Assembly: GCA_036351155.1 (NCBI GenBank)
Contig: JAZBOO010000389.1
Span: forward strand, 1-28,652
Direction of reading: 5' to 3'
Length of the DNA stretch: 28,652 nt
From: Candidatus Krumholzibacteriia bacterium
GTDB lineage: Bacteria > Krumholzibacteriota > Krumholzibacteriia > LZORAL124-64-63
Every line of letters starts with the position of its first letter. Position 1 is the stretch's first letter. The notes beneath the pieces were generated by a model. It saw only the letters and a list, made by a program, of their open reading frames with translations, searched no databases and was not told the origin of the DNA. Of this stretch, positions 24,616-28,652 are shown piece after piece. The position numbers were made by a program, and so were the translations under genes.

Positions 24616-25521
24616 ATGGCCGCATTACGCAGTACCCGGGACCTGGGCTTGACCCCTGATTACGAGGGCAAGGTTCGGGATATGTTCGACCTTGGTGACC
24701 GTTTTCTCATCGTGACCACCGACCGCATCTCGGCCTTTGACGTGATCATGAATGACGTTGTCCCCGGACGGGGCGTCGTCCTCAACGTGATGAGCCTGGC
24801 CTGGTTCCAGCATTTCGCTGATGTGGTTCCGAATCACCTGATCACCGCCGACGCGCGGGAATTTCCCGCCCCCTTCAATACCCACGCCGAAGCCCTGGGT
24901 GGCCGCTCTGTGCTGGTCCACAAGGCCGACCGGTTCCCGGTCGAATGTGTGGTCCGCGGATACATCGCCGGATCAGGCTGGAAGTCTTACCAGCAGGACG
25001 GCACCATCTGTGGACATCAGTTGCCCGCCGGCCTGCAGCGCGCGGAGCAATTGCCCCAGGCCCTGTTCACGCCCTCGACCAAGGAAGATGAAGGGCATGA
25101 CGAGAATATCCCATACGAAACCGTGGTGGAAATGATCGGGGCCGATGATGCCGCCGCCCTGCGCGACCTGTCCCTGAAGCTCTACACCGAGGGACGCGCC
25201 TTTGCCCAGCCCCACGGGGTGATCCTGGCCGACACCAAGTTCGAGTTCGGCCGCATCGACGGAAAAATAACCCTCATCGATGAAGTCCTGACTCCGGACA
25301 GCAGCCGCTTCTGGCCCGCCTCGGAGCACCAGCCTGGCCGCGAACCGTCCAGCTGGGACAAGCAGATCCTGCGCAATCACCTGGAAACCCTGGACTGGAA
25401 TCATGAACCGCCGCCGCCGGCCATACCGCAGGACATCCTGGACCGGACCAGCTTGCGTTACCGTGAGGTGCTGGAAATCCTCTTTCCCGAGGAGGCCGCC
25501 CGATGGCAAGCCTTCCTGTAG
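24616..25521 (+). CDS. purC: SAICAR synthetase
   Basis: GKVRD, TDRISAFD, ECVVRGY..GSGW, FTPSTK, ADTKFEFG, DEVLTPDSSRFW. ATG 24616 follows GGAGAG. Confidence 0.97.
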   Translation: MAALRSTRDLGLTPDYEGKVRDMFDLGDRFLIVTTDRISAFDVIMNDVVPGRGVVLNVMSLAWFQHFADVVPNHLITADAREFPAPFNTHAEALGGRSVLVHKADRFPVECVVRGYIAGSGWKSYQQDGTICGHQLPAGLQRAEQLPQALFTPSTKEDEGHDENIPYETVVEMIGADDAAALRDLSLKLYTEGRAFAQPHGVILADTKFEFGRIDGKITLIDEVLTPDSSRFWPASEHQPGREPSSWDKQILRNHLETLDWNHEPPPPAIPQDILDRTSLRYREVLEILFPEEAARWQAFL

Positions 25522-27023
25522 ACCCGGCCCCCTGGGCTCTGCTGTCCGTGACGGACAAGACGGGCCTCGACACCGTCGGGCGCGCACTTCACGAGGCCGG
25601 TTATGGCCTGCTGGCCTCTGGTGGCACGGCGCAGTATCTGGATGATCTCGGGCTTCCTGTGACCAGGGTGGAGGAACTGACGGGATTTCCCGAGATTTTC
25701 GGTGGTCGGGTCAAGACCCTGCATCCGGTGATCCACGGCGGTATCCTGGGTCCCACCCGGGAGAGCTTCGCCGAGGTGGCGGAACTCGGGGTCCGGCCCA
25801 TCGATCTCGTGGTGGTCAATCTCTACCGGTTCGAGGAAACCGTGGCCTCGGGGGCGAGTGCGGAGGAGGTGGTGGAAAAGATCGACATCGGTGGTCCCAC
25901 ACTGTTGCGCGCCGCCGCCAAGAATTTCCAGCGGGTCACCACGATGAGCGACCCTTCCTTTTACCCTGAACTCCTGGCCGAGCTGGCTGCCGGCCACGGG
26001 ACCACGAGTCTTGATTTCCGCCGCCGTATGGCCGCGGCGACCTTCAGAGCCGTCGAGGAATACGACCAGGCCATCGCCAGCTGGTTTGAAGACGAAACCG
26101 GGGCCGGGGGGCTTCCCCTGCGGTACGGGGAAAACCCGCACCAGGAAGCTCGGTTGCACCTGCCTGGAAACGATCTCCATTCCCTGGGCCTCATCCAGCA
26201 CGGGGGCAAGGAGCTTTCCTACAACAACATCGTGGACCTGGTGGCGGCCCTCAAGCTGGTCCACGACTTCAGCGATCCCTGCTGCGGCGTGCTCAAGCAC
26301 ACCAATCCTTGCGGCTTCGGGCTGGGGTCCGGCGTCACCGGCTTGCAGCGCGCGCTCCGATGTGACCCGGTGTCCGCTTTCGGGGGCGTTTATGCCTTCA
26401 ATGCCGAGGTGGACCTGGAGACCGCGGAGGTGCTGGCCAAGCAGTTCCTGGAGATCATCGTCGCACCAGGGTACACCGAGGAAGCCCTGGCCCGGTTGAC
26501 CCGGAAGAAGAATGTCCGGGTACTCAGCGCCGACCTGGACCTTTTCGCGCGTCTGACCCGGGGGAAATCCCGGTCCTGGGGTCAGCTGAAATTGACCCAG
26601 GGTGAAGATGAAGGTTTCCCCGAGCTGGCCGACTGGAATCTGGCCGCGGGGCCCGAGCCCGACGCAGCCACCAGGACCGCCCTGGAAATGGTCTGGAAGG
26701 TGTGCAAGCACGGCAAGAGCAACGCCATCGTCCTGGGGGACCTGACGGCCACCCTGGGCATGGGTTTCGGACAGATGAGTCGCGTCGATTCCACGGAACT
26801 GGCCGTCCTGAAGGCGGCCAATCAGGGCCTGGACCTGCAGGGCTGTGTGGCGGCCTCCGATGGGTTCTTCCCCTTCCCTGACGGAGTGGAAAAACTGGCC
26901 GCCGCCGGGGCCCGGGCCATCATTGCCCCGGGCGGTTCCATCCGGGACGATGAAGTGGCCGCCCGTGCTCAGGAGCTGGGGGTCACCTTCATCCTGACCG
27001 GTCGGCGCCACTTCAACCATTGA
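25503..27023 (+). CDS. purH: Bifunctional AICAR transformylase / IMP cyclohydrolase
   Basis: [63 protein letters not shown]. Confidence 0.98.
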   Translation: MASLPVDPAPWALLSVTDKTGLDTVGRALHEAGYGLLASGGTAQYLDDLGLPVTRVEELTGFPEIFGGRVKTLHPVIHGGILGPTRESFAEVAELGVRPIDLVVVNLYRFEETVASGASAEEVVEKIDIGGPTLLRAAAKNFQRVTTMSDPSFYPELLAELAAGHGTTSLDFRRRMAAATFRAVEEYDQAIASWFEDETGAGGLPLRYGENPHQEARLHLPGNDLHSLGLIQHGGKELSYNNIVDLVAALKLVHDFSDPCCGVLKHTNPCGFGLGSGVTGLQRALRCDPVSAFGGVYAFNAEVDLETAEVLAKQFLEIIVAPGYTEEALARLTRKKNVRVLSADLDLFARLTRGKSRSWGQLKLTQGEDEGFPELADWNLAAGPEPDAATRTALEMVWKVCKHGKSNAIVLGDLTATLGMGFGQMSRVDSTELAVLKAANQGLDLQGCVAASDGFFPFPDGVEKLAAAGARAIIAPGGSIRDDEVAARAQELGVTFILTGRRHFNH

Positions 27024-27058
27024 TGCAACTGCCGGGTCGGGCGATATTGATGTCAAGG

Positions 27059-27097
27059 AGCCGGTCTGTCGGGAACTCCCCCGGCGGACCGGTTTTT
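27059..27097 (+). terminator. Intrinsic terminator-like hairpin after purH
   Basis: CCGGTCTGTCGGG pairs with CCCGGCGGACCGG (2 G-U pairs), followed by TTTTT. Confidence 0.75.
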
Positions 27098-27106
27098 AGC
27101 AGGTGC

Positions 27107-28648
27107 ATGAACAAGATCCAGAAATTCCGTCCCCCGAGTTCCCCCAGCAACCTCCTCTCACTGGCGGGGTTGTTTCTCTTTGCTTGCCTGGGGTCCGCGG
27201 TCGCCGCCGCGGATACCGATCAGATACTGCTTCATCAACTCCGCGAAATGCGTCGCGATCAGCATCGGCAGCTGCAGCTTGCCCCCGACAAGGCCGATGG
27301 TCCCGCTCCCTTCGGCCTCCTGGTGATTCCCGTGGACTTTGCCGACACTCGCCTGCCCGCAGGATGGGATGCGGCCACGGAACTGAACGCGCGACTCCTC
27401 GAGCCGGGAAATGAATCTCTGCGCCACTACTATCAGGTGGCTTCCCGGGACCAGGTGGAACTGCGTATCACCACCGCGCCGTTGATCCACTTGCCCTTGA
27501 CCCGGCGGGAATACTCCGACGTCGGTTACCAGGGGTTCAGCCGATCGCGTCAGCTGGCCACCGAGGCATTGCTGGCCGTCCGGGCCCTGGGTCTGGAGTT
27601 TCGCAGCCTGGACATGGATGGCCCCGACGGCATGCCGGGGTCGGCCGACGACGACGGGGAAGTGGACGGGGTCCTGATCCTGCACGCCGGGCCCGGGCAG
27701 GAAAATGATGCCCAGGACGGTCTGATCCAGCCCCTGCAGTTCTTTCTCGAGGAGCCGGTGATTTCCGGCGGCATCCGTGCGTCTTTTTATGCGGTGGCCA
27801 GCCTTCACAGTGGACCGGGCATCTGGGCCCACGAAACTGGTCATCTGCTGGGCATGGAGGACCGGTACGATCCTCTGTTGCACCCCAGTCCCCAGGGGGC
27901 CGATGTTCGGTCTCTCGGCGGGCTGGGACGTTTCAGCCTGATGGCCTCCGGAGCCTGGGGCACCGGTGAGGGTCATGGAGCCGCTCTGCCCGACGCCTAC
28001 ACCAGCTGGCAAATGGGGTGGGTCACTCCGATTCTCCTGCCGGATCCCGCCGGCGAACTGGTGAACCTGACCGCAGGGCAAGCAGCCCGGATCTGGACCC
28101 GCGGGGAAATGGGTGCGGAATTCTTCCTGATGGAAATCCGGGACCCCGCAGCCAGCGCACCCTTCGACGCCATGCTGCCTGCCGATCAGTTGTTGGTCTA
28201 CCACGTGGACGAGACGATTCCCGAGGGAAACTGGATCGTCGATGGTCCCGGGCAGTGGCATCTGAGGGTCAACCTGGTGGAGGCCGATGCTGACGGAGGC
28301 CTGGCCGCCGGGGAGAACGACGGGGAGCTCGCCGATCTTTTTCCCGGGGCGATGGCGGTCCATAGTTTTGGCCCCGGGACCGTGCCGGACAGCTGGGGAT
28401 ATTCCGGAAACTCGTTCGTTTCTCTGGAAGAAATCACCTCGGGCTCCGGGCAGGTCGCCTTCCGGGCCTCGGCCGCGGTGGAACCGGCTTTTCTGCTGGA
28501 TCTTGAATTTTCAGAGGGGCCCCAGGCCACCCTGAGCCTGACCGCCCGCAGCGTGGGGGCCGCGGTTTTGGAAGCGCACATCACCCTGGAAGTTTCCGGT
28601 GGTTCGGTGGCCGGGACCTTCGCGGGAGGCTCATCCCTGGTCACCTAG
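27107..28648 (+). CDS. Secreted M6-family (immune inhibitor A-like) zinc metalloprotease
   Basis: Signal peptide, then LVIPVDFAD, DGEVDGVLILHAG, HETGHLLGMEDRYD, SLMASGAWG, LLVYHVDE and LVEAD. Ends at TAG 28646-28648. Confidence 0.88.
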   Translation: MNKIQKFRPPSSPSNLLSLAGLFLFACLGSAVAAADTDQILLHQLREMRRDQHRQLQLAPDKADGPAPFGLLVIPVDFADTRLPAGWDAATELNARLLEPGNESLRHYYQVASRDQVELRITTAPLIHLPLTRREYSDVGYQGFSRSRQLATEALLAVRALGLEFRSLDMDGPDGMPGSADDDGEVDGVLILHAGPGQENDAQDGLIQPLQFFLEEPVISGGIRASFYAVASLHSGPGIWAHETGHLLGMEDRYDPLLHPSPQGADVRSLGGLGRFSLMASGAWGTGEGHGAALPDAYTSWQMGWVTPILLPDPAGELVNLTAGQAARIWTRGEMGAEFFLMEIRDPAASAPFDAMLPADQLLVYHVDETIPEGNWIVDGPGQWHLRVNLVEADADGGLAAGENDGELADLFPGAMAVHSFGPGTVPDSWGYSGNSFVSLEEITSGSGQVAFRASAAVEPAFLLDLEFSEGPQATLSLTARSVGAAVLEAHITLEVSGGSVAGTFAGGSSLVT

Positions 28649-28652
28649 GAGC

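Noticed and set aside
1..28652. CRISPR arrays, tRNA/rRNA genes, IS elements or prophage genes
   Set aside because: No repeat-spacer pattern, RNA-gene signature, transposase or integrase is visible, and intergenic gaps are short.

Overview
GC-rich bacterial chromosomal segment with three parts. (1) 1-13086 is the second half of a flagellar cluster: flgE (5'-truncated), flbD, motA, motB, fliL, fliM, fliN, fliO, a terminator, fliP, fliQ, fliR, flhB, flhA, an flhF-like gene, a small membrane ORF and fliA. (2) 13128-17452 holds two hypothetical genes, two tandem HDOD genes and a sigma54 enhancer-binding protein (bEBP). (3) 17585-end holds a PorV-like beta-barrel, an MltD-like LysM lytic transglycosylase (minus strand), a GGDEF cyclase, ComEC, purC-purH and an M6 (InhA-like) metalloprotease. 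The PorV-like gene and the general gene content suggest an FCB-superphylum lineage such as Krumholzibacteriota or Latescibacterota (inference). The export apparatus looks intact, but the regulatory and switch parts are unusual. FliA has a ~73-aa C-terminal extension ending in a hydrophobic, membrane-anchor-like segment. FlhF has all its GTPase motifs degenerated, and no flhG follows it. FliM lacks the N-terminal CheY-binding peptide. The stator has Na+-type signatures. A sigma54 (fliP, fliA) to sigma28 (HDOD pair) promoter cascade can be read from the DNA. I saw no rRNA, tRNA, CRISPR array or mobile element.
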